DNA of 64,000 nt from Patescibacteria group bacterium (GTDB lineage Bacteria > Patescibacteriota > Minisyncoccia > Minisyncoccales > Staskawiczbacteraceae), in contig JAKLDQ010000003.1 of the NCBI GenBank assembly GCA_022703425.1, positions 1,729 to 65,728 of the forward strand. The letters are read 5' to 3'. Shown here piece after piece: positions 47,001 through 55,063 of this stretch. Position numbers and translations under genes: made by a program. How positions within the stretch are numbered: the first letter of the stretch is position 1; the number at the start of each line of letters is the position of its first letter. The notes beneath the pieces were generated by a model. It saw only the letters and a list, made by a program, of their open reading frames with translations. It had not been told where the DNA came from and ran no database searches.

Positions 47001-47596
47001 CAATCTGAATCGGTGCGGCAAACAATGTTTACACACTGAGCATTTTGGCACACCTGATTCGATGCACATGTTGTATAGATTTCTTCGCGATGTCCGCACG
47101 AATCGTACCAGTAAATCGCATTTCCGACGCACTGTTTGCTGGCATGAGAATTACAATTATGTCCGCACCTGAGCGTGCTTAACCATCTGTTGCCATATGT
47201 GCATGCGCTTCCAATCACGAAGTTATTTTGTGATGTACTCCATTTGCCAAGCACATTGTCACAGCATGAGCTCCATCCGCATCTTCCGCCATCAAAATAG
47301 CTGACGCAATCCATGTGCTCAACCTTGTCAAAACCTGCCAGCTGACAAACCTTCAATGCGGTTGTGCTGTCTAGGTTTAAAGCTCCCTGTCCGTGGTATT
47401 CGGAAGGAATTCTTCTATACCCGTACTGGGAAGCCAGGCTGTTTACGAAATCTCGGATTCCCATGGGATCCTTGTACCAATCCCCGATTGTGCTTGCCTG
47501 AACCGCCGAGCTGAAAGAGAAAAACAGCACAAAAATGGCAAGAGTGGCAAACCCCGCCTTTAATATTAAACCGAAAACATTTTTTTCTGCTTTCAT
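44039..47596 (-). CDS. giant secreted Cys-rich repeat surface protein with FN3-like and DUF11-like domains and a C-terminal sorting-like module
   Basis: Signal peptide and nine ~73-aa tandem repeats (C...[DE]CG[TA][DN]G.[IV]G.PFC..G.VY...[KR].Y.C.N.GT..S.C......RL.T.C...Q.CS.G.C). Then a Y-H-F-R-A-V FN3-like module and a DUF11-like repeat, ending ...TDINTGLTNNLLFDSFFIPLLLGLFGIWMYKSG. Confidence 0.85.
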   Translation of the reverse strand: MKAEKNVFGLILKAGFATLAIFVLFFSFSSAVQASTIGDWYKDPMGIRDFVNSLASQYGYRRIPSEYHGQGALNLDSTTALKVCQLAGFDKVEHMDCVSYFDGGRCGWSSCCDNVLGKWSTSQNNFVIGSACTYGNRWLSTLRCGHNCNSHASKQCVGNAIYWYDSCGHREEIYTTCASNQVCQNAQCVNIVCRTDSDCGTDGYIGNPFCQSGDVYKAYKTYDCVNPGTTASNCTYSTESRLVTSCLTNQVCSNGQCSNVTCYRNSDCGTDGYIGNPFCQSGDVYKAYKTYTCSNPGTPASACTNSTENRLMTNCTSSQTCSNGQCVNIACYRNSDCGADGPVGGPFCQGNGVYQNIKTYTCSNPGTPASVCSNATVPTLVTQCTTSQTCSNGQCQDLPVACRCNSDCGTNGYIGNPFCRDGDVYRAYKTYICANPGTPASSCTNTTEDRLITTCASGQTCSNGQCANVACDSNSDCGTDGYIGSPFCRNGDVYKTFKIYTCNNPGTIASSCSSSQEDRLMTNCTANQTCSNGQCQDLHIECSTNAECGTNGYIGNPFCYDGDVYKTYRSYVCNNPGTPNSSCSTDNENRLLTNCTSNQTCSGGSCIDLEIACSSNAECGTNGYIGNPFCRDGDVYKTFRTYICTNPGTPSSSCSNTTEDRLQTNCSSSQTCSNGQCEDVDIACSCNADCGTNGFIGNPFCQNGDVYRTYRTYVCNNPGTPSSSCSTNTENRLATNCSSTQTCSNGQCEDVDIACDSNADCGTNGYIGNPFCKNGDVYKTYRTYICNNAGTVNSNCSSSTEDRLTTECSSNQQCSNGSCQTTCTDHNYRSCVGNSLYWFDSCGNQDELIEYCQYGCQNSSCIQQTLSVQTNSATNISTNQATLNGYLSGYNGYNSGYYNNVYVWFQWGTTTSYGYETQHQQMNYNNTFSQNITGLSANTYYHFRAVAQGAGGPIYGQDMTFSTGNVGNLLTVNKTVRNLSSGNFNWSTSAAASPSDILNFTITIQANSSQEVRNVVVKDLLPSRLILQNNSVVVSGANYNYSGNDIVYGVLINSIPAGQMVTITYSAQVASAANFSYGTTTLTNSVTVTAESSNPITGNANIVVTRTGVLGVTDINTGLTNNLLFDSFFIPLLLGLFGIWMYKSGALGFNAWLDSQKAKNEDFKANKELKARIAKIKSSEPWPTL
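45130..47025 (-). repeat. tandem ~220-bp coding repeats (9 units) inside the giant surface-protein gene
   Basis: Repeated nucleotide blocks such as ggatttcc[ga]at[ag]ta[gt]cc[ag]t[ct][tg]gttccgca[ag]tc recur about every 220 bp. The borders are approximate. Confidence 0.75.
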
Positions 47597-47652
47597 GTAT
47601 TTTGCCCCAATCAAAGCAAAAAGCCGAATTATGGGCAGTTAATTATAGTAGT

Positions 47653-48327
47653 TTATATATCAAGTTTTGCTTCCACGGCAATCCTTTGCAGGTTTTTGCC
47701 CGGAGGCCAACAACTCACTAACACTAGCATACTGTCAGAATTTGTCAATCCTGACGGTGAGATTTCACTCCCTTTTGCTATTATCGATTTCCTAGTGACA
47801 GTATACGAAAATTGCTTGTGATTTACAACCAGGTGAACCTTGCTTCCCTCTGTTAGGTCATTTAGGTCGGAAAAAACCCAGTCATGTTTTATCATGGGCC
47901 AATTTTCTGGAGCTGAATGTCCCAGTATGATTGTTTGTCCGTTCTCACCAGGATCGGCAGATCCAGGATATACAATTACACCTTTGTCGAGCGCAGCAGA
48001 AAGTGTGCCGAGGTCAGCTGATTGAGGAAATGAAACGGGAACATCAATATTTATTTCTGGAATGCGGATGCTATTTTCTCTCTCAGAATAAACGAAAATC
48101 TCTTTTTTAATTTCCGCATTTTCCTGTGAGCTCTTTTGGTAAACAACATTGGGATTCTGCGAGTCAGCATTTGCGTTTTGGTATGGATAAATAAAATCAT
48201 TAAAAATTGCAGATATTGCACGATAATTAAAAATCCACGAAACATCAGCCCAGTTTATAATCAAAAAGCTTAGGACGTATACTATTCCAAAAACAAGAAA
48301 TAATTTTTTTGCCTGTTTTTTTGTCAT
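47653..48327 (-). CDS. sortase-family transpeptidase
   Basis: N-terminal TM anchor, IRIPEINIDVPV, QTIILGHS (catalytic His), LVLVSCWPPG (TLxTC-type Cys) and QRIAVEAKL (Arg). Confidence 0.8.
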   Translation of the reverse strand: MTKKQAKKLFLVFGIVYVLSFLIINWADVSWIFNYRAISAIFNDFIYPYQNANADSQNPNVVYQKSSQENAEIKKEIFVYSERENSIRIPEINIDVPVSFPQSADLGTLSAALDKGVIVYPGSADPGENGQTIILGHSAPENWPMIKHDWVFSDLNDLTEGSKVHLVVNHKQFSYTVTRKSIIAKGSEISPSGLTNSDSMLVLVSCWPPGKNLQRIAVEAKLDI

Positions 48328-49382
48328 TAAATTGAAACCTCGTGAGGGATAAATGTTGCAATTGAAGCCCTGTCAAGCATCGCTGTCGCAATGAGAATTG
48401 CGATTATCAATGCAGATCTGGCGAGCATGATTCTGTCGTTTATTCCCATGTTCACAAATATGTTAAGCAAGAAAGCAGAAATTACAATAGATAAAACAGA
48501 AAATACAATAACTTCAAGCAATTCGTCATATCTGTAAAGCGCGAAATTAAAAAACTTTAAATATAAATTATCTGATTCGCCCATCGGCATTCTGAAAGCG
48601 TCGCTTTCGGACAGGACTATTCCGCTTTCCTGATTTTCTGTTAAATTTTTCTCAGCAACTTGTGACGATACCTCTGCTATTTGCCCTGAACCCGTTTCGC
48701 TTTCTTCCTCAACAGGCGTTTCGGTTATTTTTTCTTCGTTATTGATGATATTTTTTTCGTTGTTAACATTTAGTGAAACAGCAGTTTCTCTCGGCGTTCC
48801 CAGAAGCTGAACCACAACAGTGGCATTGTTATCGCCAAATCCTTTCAAAACTGCAATCCCGATTTCGTGGAAATTGGGATTTAAAATATTTTCTCTGTGA
48901 GAAAGCGAATTTATCCAGGCGTCATAAACCTCCTTTGATTCCAGGAATCCGATGGCGAGGTTCTCACCGGCGTACTTGTATGAATATCCGGTTTTTAAAA
49001 ACCAAAACCACGGAGTTTTTCCCGTAGGGCTGTTATGACTGAAATATCCGTTTTCTACCATATCCTGCGCCTTAAGCTTTGCTGCTTCATCCAATTTCAT
49101 GCTTTCCTTAAGAATTGGAAGGCCAGCCTGCGATCGGGTATCATTTGTGAGGTTAATTATTGCATTTCTTGTAATGTCAGCAAAAAGCAGGTTAGATGGA
49201 AAATTAAATGACAATATTAGCAGCAGAAACTTTACTGCAAACAAAAATACCGCAAAATAAAACAAAGTGTTGCTTTGCAAAAATTTTGGTTTGAAATCAT
49301 TTCCTTTATTCGGGACAAAGGAATGCCTGAATTTCAACGCCAAATAGTCGAACAAATCTTCGTTTTTGAACGAATAGTCCAT
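48327..49382 (-). CDS. CAP/SCP (PR-1-like) domain protein with membrane anchors
   Basis: AQDMVENGYFSHNSPTGKTPW......YAGENLA....S..EVYDAWINSLSHRENILNPNFHEIGIAV is the CAP-domain signature. TM helices near both ends. TATAAT lies 7 nt upstream of ATG 49382. Confidence 0.75.
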   Translation of the reverse strand: MDYSFKNEDLFDYLALKFRHSFVPNKGNDFKPKFLQSNTLFYFAVFLFAVKFLLLILSFNFPSNLLFADITRNAIINLTNDTRSQAGLPILKESMKLDEAAKLKAQDMVENGYFSHNSPTGKTPWFWFLKTGYSYKYAGENLAIGFLESKEVYDAWINSLSHRENILNPNFHEIGIAVLKGFGDNNATVVVQLLGTPRETAVSLNVNNEKNIINNEEKITETPVEEESETGSGQIAEVSSQVAEKNLTENQESGIVLSESDAFRMPMGESDNLYLKFFNFALYRYDELLEVIVFSVLSIVISAFLLNIFVNMGINDRIMLARSALIIAILIATAMLDRASIATFIPHEVSI

Positions 49383-49529
49383 ATCTTTAATTATACACCA
49401 AACAAAAAGAAATGTCAAGTACATTTCCTTTCCTTATGTATTTGTTTAAATTACCCTATTTTGCCAATTTTTACCCCTTTTTGCAACAAAAAACCGCATT
49501 TTGCGGTCAATTGATTTCCAATATTTATA

Positions 49530-50366
49530 CTACTTATAATACGCTCTGTCTTTAAAGCGCAGATCGATATATTGCAACCCCCTCCTCTGCTCCGGGGCGA
49601 TCTCGTCATTCAGCAGCGAATTCATTCGAGTAATCTGCGCAGACGCATCCGCTTCGAGATTAAAATAAATCTGCCAATCTTCTGATGTTTGTATGTTTAA
49701 CCGTAAAGGATTTGTCACAAGCGCATCCATCACATCAATATCGAAATTACTTTTCAGATTTTTATCTATCTCTGAAATAAAGGCGATGACTTTTGAATTA
49801 ACAACATTTTCGCCCGTGGAAATGTCTGACTTTGAAAGGTCTTGTCGCACAATAGCCATGTCGGCCGGAATATCATAAATCTCCTCGTAAATAATCCCAC
49901 TTGCGTCCATTAAAAAGCATTTTTCACCCGAAATCTCGCTTAAAAAGGCGCAAAAAACAGCGGTCGGCGTACGCTCCTTAACTAAAACCGAAATTGTTTC
50001 CGGCCAGCTTTTTTTAACTTGTGCGCTTCCAATCTTCGGATATTCTGCCAGAATGTGCTGGCTGATGGCACCCGTATTCACAAGCAGCATGCTTTTGGTT
50101 GAAACCTTCCAGCCAAAGAGATCGATTAGCCTTATTTCTGAATCTAGATTTACAAGTTTTTTTATATCGTTTGTCGCAATCTGCACATTCCCGGCAATAT
50201 TAATATTGTTGACCTGAATTTTTTTAAAAAACAAAGTAAAATAAATTGCGCTGATTAAAAGCACGACAGCCAAGGCAAGATACCAAAAAAACGCCATTAA
50301 ATAAAACGGAGTTTTTGGCTTTATCTTTTGGATTTTTCTCTTTATATGCCCTTTTCTATATGACAT
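49530..50366 (-). CDS. ftsQ: cell division protein FtsQ (POTRA domain)
   Basis: Basic N-terminus, single TM helix and POTRA-like segment (VNNINIAGNVQIATNDIKKLV), in a murF-proximal context. Confidence 0.78.
   Translation of the reverse strand: MSYRKGHIKRKIQKIKPKTPFYLMAFFWYLALAVVLLISAIYFTLFFKKIQVNNINIAGNVQIATNDIKKLVNLDSEIRLIDLFGWKVSTKSMLLVNTGAISQHILAEYPKIGSAQVKKSWPETISVLVKERTPTAVFCAFLSEISGEKCFLMDASGIIYEEIYDIPADMAIVRQDLSKSDISTGENVVNSKVIAFISEIDKNLKSNFDIDVMDALVTNPLRLNIQTSEDWQIYFNLEADASAQITRMNSLLNDEIAPEQRRGLQYIDLRFKDRAYYK
49843..49854 (-). repeat. 13-mer family, 12/13 copy (TATTGTGCGACA) inside ftsQ
   Basis: In the sense orientation of ftsQ, encoding ..AIVRQ.. Confidence 0.6.
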
Positions 50367-50381
50367 CCGAGAAAATAAAAA

Positions 50382-51419
50382 TTATAGCCCGCGTTTAATC
50401 TTGCGTAATAGTTCTATTATATAATTAATCCAGTATTTTTGCGAAATCACGTAATCCTGCGTTTTTATGTATTCCTTTTTAAACCCGCCGTATCCCATTT
50501 TAAAGAGAGTCGGTCCTGCCCAGGGGTGATTCGGATTTTCCTTCGGATCAACAAATCCCCAAAAATCATACAGCTCGCATCCCCTGCTCTTTGCTTCCTT
50601 TATTGCTTCCCATTGCAATAAGTAAGGAATTGAATGCTTTGAAAACTCCTCCAACGAAGCCGCCTGATGATAAAAGCCGATGCCAGACCAGAAAATTACC
50701 AAAGCGCCCGCCGCAACCTCTCCTTTATATTTGCCCAGCAACAAAAGTGCCTGTCCGTCCTTGTTAAACGCATCAAACTCGTCATTTATAAATTTATCTG
50801 AAAAAGGAACGAATTTCTGGCGCTCAGAAACTTTTTTATTCAGTTGTTGATAGATTGCAATGTCAGACGGATTTTTGCTTTTTTCAATCGAGATATCCCG
50901 GCTGTCAGATGTTTTTTTGATCAGATAGCGCGTGGTCTTTCGCATATTCTTTAACAAAACATCTTCTGACTGGTTTATTTTCAGCTTCCATGTCGCTTCG
51001 TAGGCGGAAGCGTGCATCAGCGACTTCCTGAATTTTAAACCAGAAAAAATCTTTTCGTTCTCTGCGCTGTTTTCGAGCAAAGGCGCAATGCGGGCAAAGC
51101 TGGCATTCTCTTTTTTTGCATTTGACCTGAGCCATCCAACGAGCGTTTGTAAAATTTCCTTTTTTTCGTTTGCTGGCAGGTCTTCTGACATTACCGGACC
51201 ATGTGGAATTAAAAAGAAAGTCCCGCGTTTTGCAGAAATTTTAACAACCAAAGCTACGGCAAACGGCGCGCCGTCTGAATATATTCCGATTCTCCAGATT
51301 TTGTTTTTCTGTAATTTCTGGAATTCACCCCAATTCCATGACTGCAAAAACGTCTTTTCCTCGTGCAAAGACAAAAAATCCTCCCATTCCTGTTTGTTTT
51401 GTATTTCCTTAATCTGCAT
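50382..51419 (-). CDS. FemAB-family peptidoglycan interpeptide-bridge peptidyltransferase
   Basis: FLQSWNWGEFQK start and full-length similarity pattern to FemX/FemAB (..FYHQAAS.., YDFWG..). Confidence 0.82.
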   Translation of the reverse strand: MQIKEIQNKQEWEDFLSLHEEKTFLQSWNWGEFQKLQKNKIWRIGIYSDGAPFAVALVVKISAKRGTFFLIPHGPVMSEDLPANEKKEILQTLVGWLRSNAKKENASFARIAPLLENSAENEKIFSGLKFRKSLMHASAYEATWKLKINQSEDVLLKNMRKTTRYLIKKTSDSRDISIEKSKNPSDIAIYQQLNKKVSERQKFVPFSDKFINDEFDAFNKDGQALLLLGKYKGEVAAGALVIFWSGIGFYHQAASLEEFSKHSIPYLLQWEAIKEAKSRGCELYDFWGFVDPKENPNHPWAGPTLFKMGYGGFKKEYIKTQDYVISQKYWINYIIELLRKIKRGL

Positions 51420-52662
51420 TAGCTAAAAATTTTACTATTCTTTCTGCGTCTTTTTGGGTTATGTTAATGTGTGTCGGCAGATTTAATGTGACATCTGACA
51501 GGTATTCGGCGTTTTTGCACGAACCCTTTTTATAATCCATTTCAGACAGTTTTGTATCAAAAGGCGCAATTACCGTCGTATACCAGTCTCCAAGCAAAAT
51601 GTTCTGTTTGTGCCAGGCTTCATAAATGATATCGTGAGCCTTCGGATGTTTTACTGTGAACCGCAAGTAGCTTTGCTTTCCGTTTTGGAAGTTTTCAGGA
51701 AGATCAAATGACGTCTTTTTCAATTCATCTGCATAGTATTCGAAAATTTTTCTTCTGTGGGCGTGGAATTTATCAATTTTGTGCAACTGGTGCAATGCGA
51801 GTACAGCCAAAGCTCCGGGAAGAGCCTTGGGAAAATAATCAGGCCTTTGTCCCCTTTTTTCCTTCCAGTGAACCGCTTTAGATAAAATATACGCCCATTG
51901 GGAAAATACGAGCAAAATCTTTCCTGCATTGAAAAAATTATAAATCGGTAAAATCATAAAGTGCAGAAGTATCGGGTGTAGTAACTGCTGGAAAATCCAG
52001 AATATTCCCGGCTGGCCGAATTCTTTTTGTGCCTGCCTTAAATTTTTTGCAAGTTCGTCATCATTTGTTACAGCCATTCCGCCATAAACAGACGAGATAA
52101 CTTTATCGCGCGAAAAGCTGAAAAATCCCGCCTTCCCGAATGTTCCCATCTTTTGCCCCTTCCACTCTGCACCCAAAGCATGCGCGCAATCCTCGATTAA
52201 AATTAAATTGTTTTTCGCTGTAACCTGCAAAATCTCATCCATATTTACTGGCAAGCCGAAAGTATTTTGTGTTAGTAAAACCTTTGTTTTTTCGCCTATC
52301 CTGCTTTTTATGCTGTTAATATCGATGTTAAAATTTTCCTTATTGCAATCTGCGTAAACGGGCTGCAGTCCGAGCCATAAGATAGGATTTGAGGCGGCAT
52401 TGCAGGTGAATGCCTGCAAAATAACCTCGCTTTTGCTCTCCAAATTAAGCGATTTTAAAATAGCCAAAAGAGAACTTCTTCCGCTGTTAAATGAGATTGC
52501 ATGCTTTACTTTCAGATATTTTTTGAATTCATCTTCCAGCTCCGAAATTCCCGCGGTTCTGTTCCAAAGCCATGGCCGTATAATCAAATTCAGGGCGAGT
52601 TTTACATCGTCCTTTTCAACATTCGGCGACAATGATATCGATATTGGCTTAAATCTGTTCAT
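51409..52662 (-). CDS. DegT/DnrJ/EryC1/StrS-family PLP-dependent aminotransferase
   Basis: IEDCAHALGA and FSFSRDKVISS (PLP-lysine region) are typical of the DegT family. Confidence 0.83.
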   Translation of the reverse strand: MNRFKPISISLSPNVEKDDVKLALNLIIRPWLWNRTAGISELEDEFKKYLKVKHAISFNSGRSSLLAILKSLNLESKSEVILQAFTCNAASNPILWLGLQPVYADCNKENFNIDINSIKSRIGEKTKVLLTQNTFGLPVNMDEILQVTAKNNLILIEDCAHALGAEWKGQKMGTFGKAGFFSFSRDKVISSVYGGMAVTNDDELAKNLRQAQKEFGQPGIFWIFQQLLHPILLHFMILPIYNFFNAGKILLVFSQWAYILSKAVHWKEKRGQRPDYFPKALPGALAVLALHQLHKIDKFHAHRRKIFEYYADELKKTSFDLPENFQNGKQSYLRFTVKHPKAHDIIYEAWHKQNILLGDWYTTVIAPFDTKLSEMDYKKGSCKNAEYLSDVTLNLPTHINITQKDAERIVKFLANAD

Positions 52663-54297
52663 TTAATTTTTTGTGAGCAGTTTTATCAATTTTTCGGGTA
52701 CCCTGCCCTCGAGCAGGACAGTGTCATCCTTTTTGCACAAAAGCGTTATGGTCTGGTAAATATCCTTTGAATCCTCGCAGTATATAATATTTCTCTCTTT
52801 CATTCCAGTCTCCATAGCTCCTCTTTTGATGTCATTAAATCTTTCCTTTGTTGTAATTATGCACATATCACATATTTCCCCGATTTTTTTTCCAAGCTTA
52901 TAATGAACTTCGGCGGATTTTTTTCCCAATTCAATAAGACAAGGCATTACAACAACTTTCTTTTGGGAGAAAATATTTAAATAATCGAGATCTGCCAAAG
53001 CGCCATCCGGGTTCGATGAATAAGATGAATCAATCACATTAATCCCGTGCACACCGGTTTTCTTTATCATTCCCGCCATTTCCTCCTTTATTTCTGAACA
53101 GGCCTCGGAAATTTGAGTCAAACTCATTGAAAGCTCCCTGGCAGTCAGAATTGCACCAAGCAAGTTCTCGACGTTTTGTCCGCCCAAGACATTTACCTTA
53201 AAATGGCCTATTTCTCTTCGCTTGTTTATCGTAACAAATGAAATTTGATTTTCAGTGATAGAGATGTCCTCTGTCCAGATGTCCAGATCAACGATTCCCT
53301 TCTCTCTTCCATAAATCCTCCGGTTTCCGACAGGAGGCAGGTCTGCGCGCTTATATAAATCAAGACAATATCTGTTATCTCCGTTTAAAAATAAAATCCC
53401 GTTTTTGCCGAGAGCGTTTGCTAATTCTCCTCCGCCTTCTGCCGACAACAGATTTTCCATTGTGCCGAACAATGACAGGTGCTGTTCGTTGACTCCGGTA
53501 ACAATTCCGAAGTCCGGCTTTACTATGTCGCACAATAAACTTATTCCTCCTTTGTTATATGATCCCATTTCCACAATAAAAATTTCGTGTTCTTTTTTTA
53601 AGTCGTTCAAAATACAATTCGCAATTCCAATCTCCGAATTCTGGTGCTCTTTTGTGCAAAGCACATTGTATTTTTTTGAAAGAATGGCAGTTAAAAATTC
53701 CTTTGTTGATGTTTTTCCGTAGGATCCTGTAATTGCAATTACCTTCGGTTTTCCGTAAACCGTTTTGAAATTTGCCATCTTTATTGAAGCTTTTTTCAGG
53801 ATTATGCTTCTCAGCAAAACAAAAAACGGCTGAAACGCCAGAACGATTGCAGAGACTACAAAAACAAAAAAGATATCGAAAACCAGTATATATAAAAGCG
53901 CCTGAGCATCATTTGTTATAAATACAGAGACCCATGTGATAAACAGAAAAACAATAATTAATGAAGCAAGCGACAGCAAGAGCGTTTTGGATGTTTTCTT
54001 CGGCTTTAAAACTGATTTTCGGTATATCGCGCGAAAAAATGATGCCGATTCAAAAACGTAAATTAAGAACAGCGCAGAAAAAAGATAAGAAATCAGCCAT
54101 GGAGAAAAAATAAGCAAAAAAGCGATTAAAATTTTTGAGTAAAACCAAAAATTAAAAATCAGCTTTCTGCCTTTGCTTGTTCTAAAGTGGTCAACAAATC
54201 GGCCGACGTGATAATCCTTCAGCTGCCAAAGAAAAAGCCAAAAAAGGACAAATTTTACAGTCCTAAAAAGCCAAACTGTGTTTAGAAGCAAAAACAT
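52663..54297 (-). CDS. murF: UDP-MurNAc-tripeptide--D-alanyl-D-alanine ligase (MurF-type Mur ligase) with polytopic membrane N-terminus
   Basis: AITGSYGKTSTKE P-loop at residues ~188-200, with Mur ligase middle and C-terminal domains. The first ~170 aa are 5-6 hydrophobic helices. Confidence 0.85.
   Translation of the reverse strand: MFLLLNTVWLFRTVKFVLFWLFLWQLKDYHVGRFVDHFRTSKGRKLIFNFWFYSKILIAFLLIFSPWLISYLFSALFLIYVFESASFFRAIYRKSVLKPKKTSKTLLLSLASLIIVFLFITWVSVFITNDAQALLYILVFDIFFVFVVSAIVLAFQPFFVLLRSIILKKASIKMANFKTVYGKPKVIAITGSYGKTSTKEFLTAILSKKYNVLCTKEHQNSEIGIANCILNDLKKEHEIFIVEMGSYNKGGISLLCDIVKPDFGIVTGVNEQHLSLFGTMENLLSAEGGGELANALGKNGILFLNGDNRYCLDLYKRADLPPVGNRRIYGREKGIVDLDIWTEDISITENQISFVTINKRREIGHFKVNVLGGQNVENLLGAILTARELSMSLTQISEACSEIKEEMAGMIKKTGVHGINVIDSSYSSNPDGALADLDYLNIFSQKKVVVMPCLIELGKKSAEVHYKLGKKIGEICDMCIITTKERFNDIKRGAMETGMKERNIIYCEDSKDIYQTITLLCKKDDTVLLEGRVPEKLIKLLTKN
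53526..53538 (-). repeat. 13-mer TTATTGTGCGACA, copy 7 (inside murF)
   Basis: Exact copy in the sense orientation of murF, encoding ..SLLCDI.. Confidence 0.9.
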
Positions 54298-54300
54298 GAA

Positions 54301-55050
54301 TTAAATAATGTTTTCTAAAACTTTTTCGGCGACAATCTCAGGCTGTTTTCTGTTTAAGTCGTGCCCGGCGCCGGGAATTACGATTAATCTAGAATTCTTG
54401 ATGTTTTTATTTATCAGATGCGCGTCTTCAAGCGGAGTCGAATCATCTTTGTCGCCCCAAATTATGATTGTCGGCACTTTAATGAATGACAGGTGAAAAG
54501 ACAAGTTCTCGGAAATTATATTCAAATATGTCTGTTTCATAATTCCGCTGACGTGGGTGTAATCCGATTTTCTAATGATAAATTTGTAAACTGCTTTTCT
54601 GAAAAAATTGTAAAAAGGCAAAAAGTAAAAAATCTTTACGATCTTAGCTATTGAAGCAAGAAAACTTTTTTTGCCAGTCCTCCTTCTTATGCAGGCTGCC
54701 GACACCAGGAAAAGCTGCTTTACATCCTGAGGGTGCTTTACTGCAATTTTTGACGCCAGAGCTCCGCCAAATGAGTGCCCCAGCAGATAATACTCGTTTA
54801 AATTTAGCGTTTTGGTAAAACCCTCAAGCCATGTAACATACTTATTTGTATTCCACGGCACAGGAATAGGTTCTGAGGTGCCAAATCCGGGCAAGTCAAC
54901 GATGAAAACACGATATCCTTTTTCGGCAATCTTTTCTGCCACCTCAGTCCACCTTTCGATATTAGATCCCCATCCATGCAAAATTAAAAAGGGATGACCA
55001 TCCCCGATTACCTCGTAATTTGTTTTTACGTTATCAATTACAATTTCCAT
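54301..55050 (-). CDS. alpha/beta-fold hydrolase
   Basis: HGWGSN, nucleophile elbow GHSFGG and C-terminal GAGHD. Confidence 0.85.
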   Translation of the reverse strand: MEIVIDNVKTNYEVIGDGHPFLILHGWGSNIERWTEVAEKIAEKGYRVFIVDLPGFGTSEPIPVPWNTNKYVTWLEGFTKTLNLNEYYLLGHSFGGALASKIAVKHPQDVKQLFLVSAACIRRRTGKKSFLASIAKIVKIFYFLPFYNFFRKAVYKFIIRKSDYTHVSGIMKQTYLNIISENLSFHLSFIKVPTIIIWGDKDDSTPLEDAHLINKNIKNSRLIVIPGAGHDLNRKQPEIVAEKVLENII

Positions 55051-55063
55051 TGCGGTTTCAGAA

